Source of the DNA: Octopus vulgaris
Lineage: Eukaryota
DNA: 64,000 bases
Assembly: GCA_951406725.2 (NCBI GenBank)
Contig: OX597830.1
Coordinates: forward strand, 10,354,001 to 10,418,000
Direction: 5' to 3'
How positions within the stretch are numbered: the stretch's first letter is position 1; each line of letters begins with the position of its first letter. The position numbers and the translations under genes are program-made. Below the pieces are notes generated by a model. The model was not told where the DNA came from. It saw only the letters and a program-made list of their open reading frames with translations, and ran no database searches. Shown in pieces: positions 41,385 to 54,568 of the stretch.

Positions 41385-41495
41385 GTGTGTGTGATTGTGT
41401 ATAGAAGAATATATTAATAAAAAGAATTCCAACCTTGTCTGATTTTCACGTTTTATTTACAATCTTATAATGATATATTATAAGGTAATATATTA

Positions 41496-41864
41496 TCTCT
41501 CTATATATAAACGGCAGTTTGTCTGTGTGTGTGTCTGTGTGTCTGTTTGGTTGTACCCTCACCCTGACCACTGCTTTCAACCGATTCTGATGAAACTTGA
41601 CACACACATAGCCCAATGTCATAATTCAAAACTAACGCAGCGAAAATTTTGAAAAGTTCCCCCAGTTCTGAAAAAAATCGATAAATTCGACATGGGGTCG
41701 ACAATCAGAAACACAAACCACAGACTGTCTAGGGGACGCAACTCGACCTTTTTAACTAAAAAAAATTTACCATCATTTTTTCCCCATTTTTTGGCTATAA
41801 CTCTCTAAAAATATTTATAGTTATTTCCCTTACAAACCCGAGCAACGCCGGGCGATACTGCTAG
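41496..41864 (+). mobile_element. Non-autonomous Helitron inserted in the left pLTR
   Basis: 5' TC; hairpin CCCG-AGCAACGC-CGGG; 3' CTAG; A|T target without TSD, confirmed by the empty site in the right pLTR (~45612-45626). Confidence 0.9.
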
Positions 41865-41915
41865 TAATTGAATAAAATAAAATGAAATAGTAGAATGTTA
41901 AATGTTCATTCTGAT

Positions 41916-41960
41916 TGAACTAGTACTTTCATGCATTGAATTCTGCAATCTTCGGGTTCA
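41916..41960 (-). ncRNA. Type I hammerhead motif (U4C core variant) in the left pLTR
   Basis: TGAAC CCGAAGA T-TGCA GAATTCAA TGCA-T GAAA GTAC TA GTTCA; palindromic stem III AGTACT. Confidence 0.65.
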
Positions 41961-42442
41961 TGTAGTAGTGGTGACAGTCATGCTTCACAATTTTTGACTG
42001 TAGCAAGATGATTGATTCTGTGCTAAAAATACAGCTGGGTAGGCTCCAGAGTGCTAGGTTTTGCAAACTGTATTCTGACCAATCAGTGTGTAGTATCACT
42101 CAATTACTTAAGCTGATTGGTTGGTTGAGCTGATTGGTTTAGGCATCACGCTTTGTTGGACATGTCAAGGGTCCTGTATCTTGACCCTGGCCGAAGCAGC
42201 AATTGTTGGGTTATTTTTAGAAATGTTGTAAATATCCTTTGTCAGAGATTTTTATATTTTTATATTTCAATTGTCATCATCATCATTGTCAGCACCTTAA
42301 TTATTGTTGCTAGTGGTGATGGTGGTGGCAATAGAACTTTTAACCCTAAATAAGATAATTTTCCTGCTATCTTCATCTTGATCACCTTTAGTATTGTTGT
42401 TGTTTTTAGTGGTCATGGTCGTAGCAGTGGAAGTAAGTATTA

Positions 42443-44745
42443 TTAATATTGCTTATTTAGTTTGGGTTCGAATTTATCAATAAAATTCTTTTCTCTGATT
42501 TTCCTCTCGATTTCACTTGGGCTGTGTAATTTGTAGAACGGAAATATTATATACATTTTCCGGCCACATGTTCCTAGGTGGTTACTCAAAGGTATCTGAC
42601 GGACCTCTGGGTCTCTAATATGTTGCCGGTGTACACGTGAGTGTTCTGATAGTGCGTTTCCCGTCTGACCTACATATATTTCTTCACAATTTGGGCATTT
42701 GATGCAGTAAATTAAATTTCTGCTTTTGCGGTTCATATTCGCGTTTGTGAATATTTTCCCGGTTTTTGTGTTTATATATTGACCGGTATGTATGAATTGG
42801 CATGTGCCACATCGGCTATCATTGCATTTAGATACCGTGAATGTTTGGTCTTTGTTGCTAAGGTCAAATTTTGCCTTTGTTAGTAATGTTTTCAAGTTTT
42901 TAGGCTGTCTTTTACTAAACACCATAGCTCGATCCGTGATTATGTCTTTTAATTCATTACTTTGGGCAATGATTGGTAGGTTTGCTTTGGCAATGTTGAA
43001 GATATTCTGGTGACATGGGTTGTGTGTCACTATGAATGGTATGACTTGTTCTTGTTTTCCTCTTCCTTGGGTTGTCCTAAGTTGTTGTATGGGTATTTTT
43101 ATAGCCCGCTGTATGCCATTTTCTATAAGTAGAGATGGGTATTTTTGTTTGAGCAAAAATTCTCTTAGTTCTATTAGGCGTTTGTTCCTGATATTTGCAT
43201 CTTCTACAATGGTACAAATTCTTCTGGCTAGGCAGTATGGGATGTTACGTTTTGTATGTGGTGGATGGCACGACTTAAAATTTAGGTATTGATGTGTGTC
43301 TGTGTGTTTATAGTATATATCTGTGGTGATGGTGGTGTCTTTTTTAATTACCATTATATCTAGGAATGGTAATTTGGTACTATTCATCTCCTTTGTAAAT
43401 TGGAGAGATAGGTTGTTCAGGAGGATATTGAACACTTCCAGAGTATTTAGAGATTCTGTCCAGATTATGAAGCAGTCGTCTAAGTATCTCTTCCACGCCT
43501 TTTCAATATACTTTCTAAATCCAGTGCCATAGTTTACCTCCACCTCTTGGTAGAGTTGTTGTTCTAAGTATCCCATTACAGAGTTGGCGTAAACGGGAGC
43601 AAACCTCGTTCCCATCGCCGTGCCTCTAATTTGGATGTAATTCTTTCCATTGAAGAAGAATGTGTTATTTTCTAGAATAAGTTTGACTGTGTCTAATATA
43701 AATGGCACTGTGAATCTGCTGAGAATCACTTCTCTATGTTTTTCTAACCAGTATTTAATCGCCTTTATTCCTAAATCGTGTGGAATATTGGTGTAGAGGC
43801 TTACCACATCAAAACTTAGTAAAACTGAATTTGTTTCTGTTGTTTTGAGAAGATGGGACAGGAAGTCGATGTCATCCCTGATGAAACTGGGTATGTAAGT
43901 ACATAGTGGTTTCAAAACAATGTCAATAAAATTGCTTAGACGGTGTGTAGGGCATGCTGGACCAGCTATAATAGGTCTAAGTTTTAGGTCTTTTGGATGT
44001 AATAATTTATGTACTCACTTTCTTGTTCTTTTACTGCCTGTTGAATATTTTTTGATTTGTGTATTTTTTGTAAGCCGTAGAAGTTGCTGGGTTTTGGTTC
44101 GAAATTGATGTAGTCTTTTTCATTATCCGTAAGTGAGTTGTGGTGTGTTGAGATCAGGTTGTTGATCTTTTTCATGATGTGGTGGTCTATATTTGCGGGT
44201 ATTTCACAATAGAAGGTTGTATCCTTCAGTTGGTCTTCAACCAAATCCTTATAGTATTCGGTATCCATAATAACAATTGCACCACCTTTATCTGCTTGTT
44301 TAATTATTATTGTTTGATCGTTTTGTATACGTTTACATGCAGACATCTCTGATTTGCTAATGTTTGGCCTAACATTGGTATTGCGTCTAAGGGGAAATTT
44401 AGACAGGATATCAATGTATTGGTCAAGGTAGTTATTTCTTCCTTTTGGTGGGGTGAAATTTGATTTATTCCTTACTAGGGATTCATCAATCTCATTACTT
44501 TTGTTAGCGAAGAATTCTACAAGTCGTAATTTTCGACAGAATTTTTGAATATCCTCCTTTAATTCTTGGTGGTTGGTTGTTGGTGTAGGTGTGAATTTCA
44601 GTCCTTTTGACAGAAGTTGGATTTCATCATTGTCAAGATCTCTTTTTGATAAATTAATTATTTTAGGATCTATACGTTCAGTTGTTTGGGGTATGTTTCC
44701 TCTTGGATTTTTTCTTTCTCCGGTGTTTGTTGTCCTGACGTAAAA
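42443..44745 (-). pseudogene. Penelope-like reverse transcriptase + GIY-YIG endonuclease (frameshift near 43990)
   Basis: LLSKGLKFTP, IIIKQADKGGAIV, RPIIAG, SFDVVSLYTNIP, GTAMGTRFAP, RYLDD, PFLD, YYKHTDTHQYL, Cys linker CNDSRCGTC, LIYCIKC...IYVGQT. Confidence 0.92.
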
Positions 44746-45319
44746 AAATGGATTTTTTTCTGTTTATGATTTATATTCCTGTTGATGTTTGCTTGATGAA
44801 TTTTGCGTTTTGGTTGTGGTACTTTACTTGGTTTCGTTATGTTTTCTGTCTTGTTTTTGGTATTATGTATGCTACTTTTCAATTTCTTGTTAGCATTGTT
44901 TTTAACCACCTGGAGAAATGATCTGGGTTTGCTTCTAGATCTAGATCGGTTTTTTGTCCAGTTTCTTGTGGGTAATCTCTGTTGAGGTCTTGAAAATGAT
45001 CTCCTGTTATTTCTACTGCTAATGGTCTGTTCAAAACAATATCTATTTTGTTTGTGCTTTTTGTTCATGTTGTGTGCATTAGGGTGTTTGCATACAAAAA
45101 GGGAAGAGTTCTTACCGTATTTCGTCTTCGATTCGTGGTGAAACGGGTGTTCATGTTGCCACGTGTTCTGGTGTATGTTGCGTTGGTGAGGTTGTCCACT
45201 TTTAATGCTATTTCTCGGAGTTCTGGTGTCTTTACCGTAGTTTGTAGCATATTTGTCGAGAAATAATTGTTTCCGCTGCCAAAACTTTCTTGATCTGCTT
45301 TCTTCTTTTGAGATATCTC
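44670..45319 (-). CDS. Basic low-complexity N-terminal frame of the Penelope-like element, 5'-truncated
   Basis: ORF 44670-45329 is R/K/N/S-rich, overlaps the RT frame in a -1 relationship and is cut by the inverted pLTR. Confidence 0.5.
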
Positions 45320-45342
45320 TGTCCAACAAAGCGTGATGCCTA

Positions 45343-45460
45343 AACCAATCAGCTCAACCAACCAATCAGCTTAAGTAATTGAGTGATACTACACACTGAT
45401 TGGTCAGAATACAGTTTGCAAAACCTAGCACTCTGGAGCCTACCCAGCTGTATTTATAGC
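45343..45460 (+). promoter_or_regulatory. Putative pLTR promoter: clustered CCAAT boxes and TATA-like motif
   Basis: CCAATCAG twice, CTGATTGG once and TATTTATA upstream of the hammerhead; mirrored at 42020-42140. Confidence 0.4.
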
Positions 45461-45521
45461 ACAGAATCAATCATCTTGCTACAGTCAAAAATTGTGAAGC
45501 ATGACTGTCACCACTACTACA

Positions 45522-45566
45522 TGAACCCGAAGATTGCAGAATTCAATGCATGAAAGTACTAGTTCA
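45522..45566 (+). ncRNA. Type I hammerhead motif (U4C core variant) in the right pLTR
   Basis: Identical to 41916-41960 in opposite orientation; predicted cleavage after 45561. Confidence 0.65.
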
Positions 45567-46236
45567 ATCAGAATGAACATTTAACATTCTACTATTTCAT
45601 TTTATTTTATTCAATTATAATATATTATCTTATAATATATCATTATAAGATTGTAAATAAAACGTGAAAATCAGACAAGGTTGGAATTCCTTTTATTAAT
45701 ATATATATATAGGTGAGAGGAAGAGATAAGCATATCAAAACTGTTCCAGTTGATCGGTTCAACGGAACAGCCTGCTCGTGAAATAGAGGTACAACAGAAA
45801 CAAGGAATAATGAGTAAGAGAAAGTTGTGGCGAAAGAATACAACAGGGTTCGCCACCTGCCGGAACCTCGTGAAGTTTTTGCTCAACAAACATTCACAAC
45901 ACCTGGTTTTAAGATGAGATTAGATGAGATTTATCGTATTCCCGTAAAATTCTCTTTATATATAAATATAAAGAGAATTTTACCGGACCCCATAAATCTC
46001 ATCTCATCTCATCTTATCAAATAAATTTCAATAAAAAATTTTGAAGTAAAAACCTGTTTATCTTCTGCCTGGGGAGCAAGAACATATCTCCCCCACAGAC
46101 TTTTCTAAAATATGTTTATTAAATTCCCTCTTAAACTGAAATGTCTCGGACTTATTTTTGTGCTATTTCCACCTCCATCTTTTATATATTAAAATTTGAT
46201 TTGTATAAATCGCTAATCTTTTTTCAACTATATATA

Positions 46237-46353
<117 letters not shown>

Positions 46354-46356
46354 TAT

Positions 46357-46430
46357 CAGAGGTTCTCTCAACCTGGGTTCCGCGGTGGTCCACAAAGGTG
46401 GTACGGGGGGGGGGCTGAAATGAATTCAGA

Positions 46431-46475
<45 letters not shown>

Positions 46476-46539
46476 AGGATAAACATATTAAAAGGGGTCT
46501 GTGGAAAAGTCATTTAAATTAAAGGGTTGGGAACCACTG
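46357..46539. mobile_element. hAT (Charlie-like) MITE
   Basis: TIRs CAGAGGTTCTCTCAACCT / AGGGTTGGGAACCACTG. Confidence 0.6.
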
Positions 46540-46795
46540 TATATGTATATATTTGTATGTATATATATATATATATATGGATGTATATGTATGTATGTAT
46601 GTATGGATGGATGTATATGTATGTATGTATGTATGGATGGATGTATATGTATGTATGGATGTGTATGTATGGATGTATATGTATGTATGTATGGATGTAT
46701 ATATATGTATGTATATATACGTGTGTGTATATATATGGATGTATATATATATGTATGTATATATATATGTGTGTGTGTATATATATATATGTATG

Positions 46796-46852
<57 letters not shown>

Positions 46853-47254
46853 ATCTATATATATATAAATGTATATATATATGTATGTATATATATATAT
46901 ATAAATGTATATATATATGTATGTATATCTATATATATATAAATGTATATATATATGTATGTATATCTATATATATATAAATATATATTATATATATATA
47001 TATAAATGTATATATATATGTATGTATATCTATATATATATAAATATATATGTATATATATATATATATAAATGTATATATATATGTATGTATATCTATA
47101 TATATATATATATATATAAATGTATATATATAAATGTATGTATATCTATATATATATAAATATATATGTATATATATATATATATATATAGATAGATGTA
47201 TGTATATTCATATATGTGTGTATATATATAGTTATATACATGTATGTATGTATA

Positions 47255-47294
<40 letters not shown>

Positions 47295-47479
47295 TATATA
47301 TATAGTATGATTGGATGCGCCCGTCGTGCGATAATTAAGCAACATAGCTTTCGGTTCTAACCTTAATCGCGTTCAACTCCCACCGTCGTTTGCTCGTACA
47401 CACATATTGTGGGCTATAGCGTTATAATACAAAGAACACACACACACACAGACACATGTCCTTTGCTTTGCAAGTATCT

Positions 47480-48260
47480 TCCCTTCCTTCCTCTACTCTA
47501 ATGATATCTCTCACTCCTCCTCCTTGATCTCGTTCCTCTCTTTCTCACCGTCGTTTCTCACCGTCTTTCCTTGTCTGCTTCTCCTCCCCCTCTCAACTCT
47601 CTCTCACGTCACATTTACCCTCTCACCTACACACACATCTCCACACTGCTCCTTCTCTTTCATCTTCACATTAACTCTTCCTCTTCCCCTACATTTCTAT
47701 CTCTCTCCTTCTCGTTCTTTCTATCTCTCTCTCTCTCGTTCTTTCTTTCTCTCTCCCTCTCTCGTTCTTTCTTTCTCTCTCCCTCTCTCTCCTTTCTCTC
47801 TCCCCCTCTCTCTCCTTTCTTTCTCTCTCCCTCTCTCACTCATTTTACTCTCTCTCCCTCTCGCTCCTTCTTTCTCTCACCTTCTTCATCTCCCTCTCTC
47901 CTTTCTCTCTCCCTCTCGTTCTTTCTTTCCCTCTTCCACTCTCCTTTCTTTCTCTCCCTCACCTTTTTCTCTCACTCTCCATCACGTTCCTTCTTTCTCT
48001 TTCTCTCTTTCTTCCTTTCTCTCTCTCTCTCTCCCCTCTCGTTCTTTCATTCTTCCTCTCTTATTCTTTCTTTCTCTCTCTCTTCTTCTTTCGCACTCTC
48101 TCTCTCTCCCGTTCGCTCTTTGTTTCTCTCTCTTTCTTTCTTTCTTTCACCCTCTCGTTTTTTCTCTCTTTCTCTATCTTTCTGTCTTTCTCTTTCTCTC
48201 TCGCTCCTTCTTTCTCTCTCTCTCTCTCCTTCTCTGTCTCCCCCCCTCTCTCTCTCTGTC
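47480..48260. repeat. ~0.8-kb polypyrimidine (CT-rich) tract
   Basis: Directly visible. Confidence 0.9.
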
Positions 48261-48699
48261 CTCATATCATCTTATTTTGCCAGTATATTCCGGTTTCACT
48301 TTCCCACTCCGATGTCACAGAAGTCAACTTCCCCACACTTTTCACTCCTATTATATTTCCGAATAATCTAGAACAAATATACAACGTGCTGCGAAAGATA
48401 TTTGCGTCTGATAAGGCCTGTGCCAATGTTACAGCTTGCAGATTGGATCCAAACTTTTACCTTCTTTTACATCGTTTTCCCTTTTGTTTTCTTCTATTTT
48501 CCCCCCTAAATCCCGTATTAGTCACCTAATTTCTAACAACACCTGCAAATAACAAAGAATCGCTTTTCCTCGTGGAGGGATTAACAAAATGTTGAGATAA
48601 ACACAGGCAAAATAAACAAATAAAATAAGAAAAAATACAAGTGGTAATTCAATTTGGTTGTTCCCATAACATTTAGCTTTTGGGTCACCTGAAGACTTT

Positions 48700-48886
48700 T
48701 ACTTTCTTTTACTTGTTTCAGTCATTTGACTGCGGCCATGCTGGATCCCGGGACTTATTCTTTGGAAGCCTAGTACTTATTCTATCGGTCTCTTTTGCCG
48801 AACTGTTAAGTTACGGGGACGTAAACACACTAGCATCGGTTGTCAAGCGATGTTGGGAGGACAGACACAGAGACACAAACACACAC

Positions 48887-48971
<85 letters not shown>

Positions 48972-49106
48972 TACATATTTCACTTTCCGTCTACCAAATC
49001 CACTCACAAGGCTTTGGTCGGCCCGAGGTTATAGCAGAAGATACTTACCCAAGGTGCCAGGCTGTGGGACTGAACCTGGAACCATGTGGTTGGTGAGCAA
49101 GCTACT
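48700..49106 (-). mobile_element. SINE family B
   Basis: Similar to 19671-20094. Confidence 0.85.
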
Positions 49107-49379
49107 TTATTTCAAAACTTTTGCCATATAGATATGATACAGAGTAGCTTGTGGGCTGGACAAAGACATTGATGAGGTGAATAATGATAACGATTATATT
49201 AATGGGAGAAGACAAAAAACGCCCACCGATTTTCTGCTTCTCTAAACAGTATTCTCTTCTTTCTTTCAACAGAAAAAGATAGAACGAGCTAATGAACCTC
49301 TTATTTCAGTTTTACAAATTTTTGGACTAATGGCCCATTTAAGAATTGGGGCATTACGCCTCTTAAACATAATAACATG

Positions 49380-50695
49380 CAATAAACATTAAACATTGTA
49401 ATACTGAGGCTTTTCAACCTCTTGTCATTATTCCTCCCTGTCATCGCTTGTGCCCGTATACTCCACCATTCCCCACGCCTCATTCAAGACCAAAGCGGGA
49501 TCCGAGCCGGCGTCGCCCGGCCACAAGCGACATTCCTCCTTGAGTTCCCGCAGCCTACACCCCACAGACACCGTTATGACCTCCACAGCAATCTGCGGAG
49601 GCTATTCGAGATCCTGTGTGAAGGCCAAAGGTACTCCCTTATGGTACCCTTCCACCACCTCTTCCACCTCTCCGCCTCTGTAGAAGAGGACCAATAGTTC
49701 CTCTTCCTCCGGGTTCGAGGTAGTCAATTTTACCGTTGGCGGCACAGTTCCCCCAACGGTGTACCTTCCCCTACCGGTGGCACAACTCCTACCGGCAAGG
49801 TTCCGGGACATTCTGGTGCTATGTCACCGACTGACGGCAATGTCCCGTTTCTTCTCCTTTTCCGCTTTTTTTCTCTCAACTGAGGGATGGTGCGTCTCCT
49901 CCATGACCGGGAGATTCACCTCCCCTCCTTCATCCTCATGATCCGTCGGTGAGCACCCATTGTAGCCCACCTTCTTTCTTTTGCGGCACTTCCTTGAGAA
50001 CTCCTCTGTCTCCTAAGCCGCCTTCGTTCCCTCTTTCACAGAGGTCACAATTGACTGCTCAAGGACTTTGCTCCGTTCCTGAGGACAGTTTTTTCTTTAT
50101 ATGGTCGGGCTCCAGGCACCGATGATACCTGGAGGGGCGACCCTCAAGAATCACCGTGTACCTGCACCCGGCCATTTAAAAAAAAATCTGGCATAACTAG
50201 ATTCATGGCTGATTGGGTCCACAGGGTAAAAACAGCTTTTGACCCAACCCAATCAGCCGCAGCAAGAATTTTTCACTTTGAGGAGCCTGGCTCCGCTGTC
50301 ACCCAGACCCCGACGGATAGTATCCTCTATCCACTGGGATTCAATTCCAGGTGGCAAACCACAGACCCAGGCTCTCGTCAATTTTCTCCCACAATAAGTG
50401 GGAAGAAACAAAATTTCTTTACCCTCAACAAACTGGCTCGCAAAGCTGCGAGCCTCCTCTAGGGTGTCAAACAGCAACCACACCGTTGCATGTTTGACTC
50501 CCCTACATATATATTTAATGGTTGCCAGATGTTCTGCCAACTCCTGCTCAATCATCTGCTTGGGGAAGACGTTAATGGTGTCGAGAAGCTTCGAATACGT
50601 TTGCAACACCACCGTACTCTTCTCTTGCTGTCTGGGTCACTCCTTAGGTGGGACAATCTCCCACTCTACAATCTTATCCGTATTTTTTGCCATGT
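49380..50695 (-). pseudogene. Non-LTR retrotransposon gag-like ORF1 (Tx1/L1-like), disrupted
   Basis: TLEEARSFAS...FLPTYCGRKLTRAWVCGLPPGI, then ILEGRPSRYHRCLEPDHIRKNCP (decayed CCHC knuckle); probable 5' UTR extending to ~51290. Confidence 0.65.
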
Positions 50696-52729
50696 CCAAA
50701 ACAATAGTTCACAAAAAAGGAAAGAGAGAATTCAAAAGAAAACAAAAGGGAAGAAGAAAGAAAATAGTCACAATAGAAGAAAAAAGCAATAGTTAAAGGA
50801 AAACACAGCAAAAAATCTTCTGGGCATTCATGTACTCCAAGCCATTATGGTACTCCAATTCGAACCTGGACTGCTCCACTTGAATACAACGTTCCAGTGT
50901 AGTTGTAAAACACATACTATTTACAAACAGCGAACGACTTTTGGTGGCAGGATAGTCACTAAACTATATTTCTCACAATAAGAAAAAATTTTCACTTCAT
51001 GTGAACACTTGAAATACAGTTTTCCAATAAAGTTAAATGTTGTTGTTGTAAAAACATAGACTGTTAAAAAGGGAACAAAAGATAATTTTCACAAACAAAA
51101 TCTTTTCCGGAGAGAATACGCGTCCCAAAAACACAATTCTCACTGCAAAGTGAGTCTTTTCACAGGACCACAGGCAGGCAAATGTCTACCAGTAGAGATC
51201 CTTGCTCGTCAAAAATTATTAAATACAAACCAACAAACTCCACTAAGCTCCAAAAAAAAACCAAACGCCTTACTTGTAGTCGTTCTTCAAGTTTTCAATA
51301 TTTCACGTAGAACGACGTGACTTCCAAACAGCATGAAAAAACGCGAACTCTTCTGTAGTGAGGTAAGCAAGCTACTTACCACACAGCCACTCCTGCGCCT
51401 GAAAACGTTTACCAGTTCTTCCAACCCTCCTCGATATTTGGCTGTTGTTACGAACCCGGGTATCTTTGGGGTTCTCATTGGCTGAAAATTCCGAAAATTA
51501 TCAAATTTTTGAACACCTGTAACATGTTTGCAAAATTTCTCTGGAATAAATTAATAACAAATTCGGATTCAGCGTCAAAAATTACATCTATATGAAACAT
51601 TAAAAATCCTTTTAATATATCATACGAAAACCACAAAGATCCGCACCCGGTACCGTAAAAAAAACAGAAAAATGAGTAAACCATTTGACATTATTGTCAC
51701 AAGTCTTAGGATTCATATGGCCCCTTTACCCGCTTTCTACGGCGAATAAGAGACCGAGATCACAACACTTCCCCATGAACTGGACGCTCGTTCCTCGCAG
51801 GGTTACACATTTATAGTTGAGCGGATTGGACCAACATGAAAGGAAGTTGTGTATGAGTCGGGGCAACGATCGACTAACAGATAACATAAAACTTGCTCGT
51901 TTCAGAAATATAGAATTGTATTTGAACCGATCGGAACGGAGCCGACATATGACATCAGTGGAGGTTTATAAGCCTTAACGATACGCTCTGACACTGCCCG
52001 CGGACATAACGTAGTGGATAAAGGCGCTGAAATGCATTGCAGTTACCTAGAGATTCTGAGTTCGGTTCAAAGCTGAATCACTGGACATTTCAAAGAGGAT
52101 GGAGATAATACAGCCGAAACGCAGTGAGAGAAACAACCAAGATGAAATGCATAATATAAAAATTCTTCGTCTTAGAAATAAAGAATTACATTTATAATGA
52201 AGTGTTTTGCTCAAGAACTCGACGCACCGCTCGGACCGGTATAATGCTAATTATTCCACTCCGGCGTTTCATTGGGTTTGTTAATCCGGGTGGTTGCATT
52301 TTCTTCTCTTCCTTAAGATATGGTTAGCGCTGGATCTTGAGAAATTAATTCGCTTTTCACAGGTTTTATCTTTGTTTTATAATCAGTCTGGGTCCCTTAC
52401 ATAGACTGCTGCGCAAACCTCCAGTTTTGTCATAAGACCAGTTTTAATCAATGCTCATTCGACGAGTCCGTTACTGAGAGCTAATTGAATCGAGCGCCAG
52501 ATTAAATTTCAGACACGGTTGAGTAATTAAAACCGTTTATGATACGCTTGAAATACTGCAACACAAATGCTGCAGAAAAAAACATATCAGAAGAATGATT
52601 GTTTTGAAAGAAAGGATTAGCTGTTGTGTTTCCTGTTGTGATGGAATGGTTTGGCACAGCGTAGATTTTGAGAGGAATCGAAACATGGGGATCGAAAACA
52701 TGTTCGTGTGGGTGTTAGTATGAAACTAT

Positions 52730-53111
52730 GGAGGCGCAATGGCCCAGTGGTTAGGGCAGCGGACTCGCGGTCATAGGATCGCGGTTTCGATTCCCAGACC
52801 GGGCGTTGTGAGTTTTTATTGAGCGAAATCATCTAAAGTTCCACGAGGCTCCGGCAGGGATGGTGGTGATCCCTGCTGTACTCTTTCACCACAACTTTCT
52901 CTCACTCTTACTTCCTGTTTCTGTTGTACCTGTATTTCAAGGGGCCGGCCTTGTCACTCTCTGTGTCACGCTGAATATCCCCGAGAACTACGTTAAGGGT
53001 ACACGTGTCTGTGGAGTGCTCAGCCATTTACACGTTAATTTCACGAGCAGGCTGTTCCGTTGATTCGGATCAACCGGAACCCTCATCGTCGTAACCGACG
53101 GAGTGCTTCCC
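52730..53111 (+). mobile_element. SINE family A, full length, 11-bp TSD
   Basis: TSD AGTATGAAACT at 52717-52727 and 53112-53122. Confidence 0.9.
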
Positions 53112-53499
53112 AGTATGAAACTGGACGAATACGATACCAAAAATGCGATTCCTATTCTTGTAAGAATTGTAATAACATTACAACGTTTTCTACGCTTCTG
53201 CTCATTGATGTGCCTCGAACGCAGAACTCAGATCCACCCTCGGGTTCTACGTCTCAATTCACAGAGGGTAGGAAACAATTAATGCGGAAACAATTTCTGA
53301 CCCAATACACGAATTAGTAACATGTCATGCATACTAGCTTACATAGATAGGAAACTAATCAATTGATTGGTTTCGTGTGTGTGAGTGAGAGACAGACTGA
53401 CAGACAGAGAGATTATATGTACGTATATATGTGTGCCAAAAGTATTAGGCCACCCTAATGTTTAAGGGTTCTGCTATCTTAATGTTAATGAAACTCGTA

Positions 53500-53754
53500 C
53501 ACATTGTAGATTATGGTATATTTCGCAATATGTCGAAAACCCCCGACAACCTCTCTAGGACAACTTCCGAAGACCTCTCTCGCCAACCTCTAACGATCTC
53601 TCCCTCCTCCAGCTGACATTTTTGTACTTTTTCGTGAAGTACAAAAAATGCACCTTTTGTGGAAGTTATAACGAAACTGCTTTCTTATTTCAGAGTAATA
53701 AGGTGTTTCAATAGAACATCTTTACTCTCGGGAACTACCGAGTACGCCAGCTAG
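53500..53754 (+). mobile_element. Helitron-like 3' end (5' boundary uncertain)
   Basis: Hairpin CTCGG-GAACTA-CCGAG, 8 nt, then CTAG|T. Confidence 0.5.
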
Positions 53755-53795
<41 letters not shown>

Positions 53796-53796
<1 letters not shown>

Positions 53797-54220
53797 GAGC
53801 AAACCGTCCCTCGTCCAATGGACGGTGCTGAGTTGTCAAACATTCAAACCAAATTTTCTAAAAACAAATTGTCCGATAGTCCCATAGGCCTCCCCTTTGA
53901 GAAACACTGATTTAACCTAAATTTGAGACACCAGCAAAAGAAGAGATAGATAGACTTTTTTCTATTCCAAAAAAAAAACGATTTTATTTACACAAATATG
54001 CAACCGAAGAGTTTAAAGTACCATCGCAACAGCTGATGTACATGCGCGTACAAATACACATTCCCACGGCTTTATCGACCGCATTCTCACCTGGAATCGA
54101 TTTTTTTTGTAATTTTTTCAAGACTTATACACGCCCTGATACCGTGGTACCTACATATCAAATTTGGGCGGAATCGGATGGAGGATTCCCGAGATCCTAG
54201 AAGACACACAGACAGAACGG

Positions 54221-54240
<20 letters not shown>
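53796..54240 (-). mobile_element. Non-autonomous Helitron-like element
   Basis: Minus-strand start TATATATAAAATCCGTTCTGTCTGTGTG resembles the other Helitron 5' ends; 3' hairpin ACCGTCC...GGACGGT; terminus is CTCG rather than CTAG. Confidence 0.55.
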
Positions 54241-54269
<29 letters not shown>

Positions 54270-54533
54270 GGGGAGGGGAATTTGACTGGCAACTTTTGGT
54301 GCTGCCACCTACGGTTGCTTTCAGAGTAAGAAACGGGAAGTTTGCTAAGGAAAACAAAGGAGGGGGAAGTTTCCCTTTAAGGGGACAGAGTCGCTCAGAG
54401 TTTATAATCTTTTCTTTTCCTCTTTTTGCTTCATTATTATGCGAGGTCTTGTGTGTGTGTGTGTGTGTGTGACTTGACAAGAAAGCTCTATAGGATTTGT
54501 AATACTCTCTATGTATGTGTGAGTATATATGTG

Positions 54534-54568
<35 letters not shown>

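Larger units (their letters stand above)
41409..45704 (-). mobile_element. Penelope-like retroelement (Neptune-like) bounded by 385-bp inverted pseudo-LTRs
   Basis: 41409-42162 minus a 369-bp insertion is the reverse complement of 45320-45704; RT-GIY-YIG coding region lies between. Confidence 0.9.

Noticed and set aside
47524-48371. 280-aa and 266-aa L/S/F-rich ORFs
   Set aside because: Polypyrimidine tract with no protein motif.
52730-52805. tRNA gene
   Set aside because: A/B boxes belong to a multi-copy SINE head with a TSD; no complete cloverleaf.
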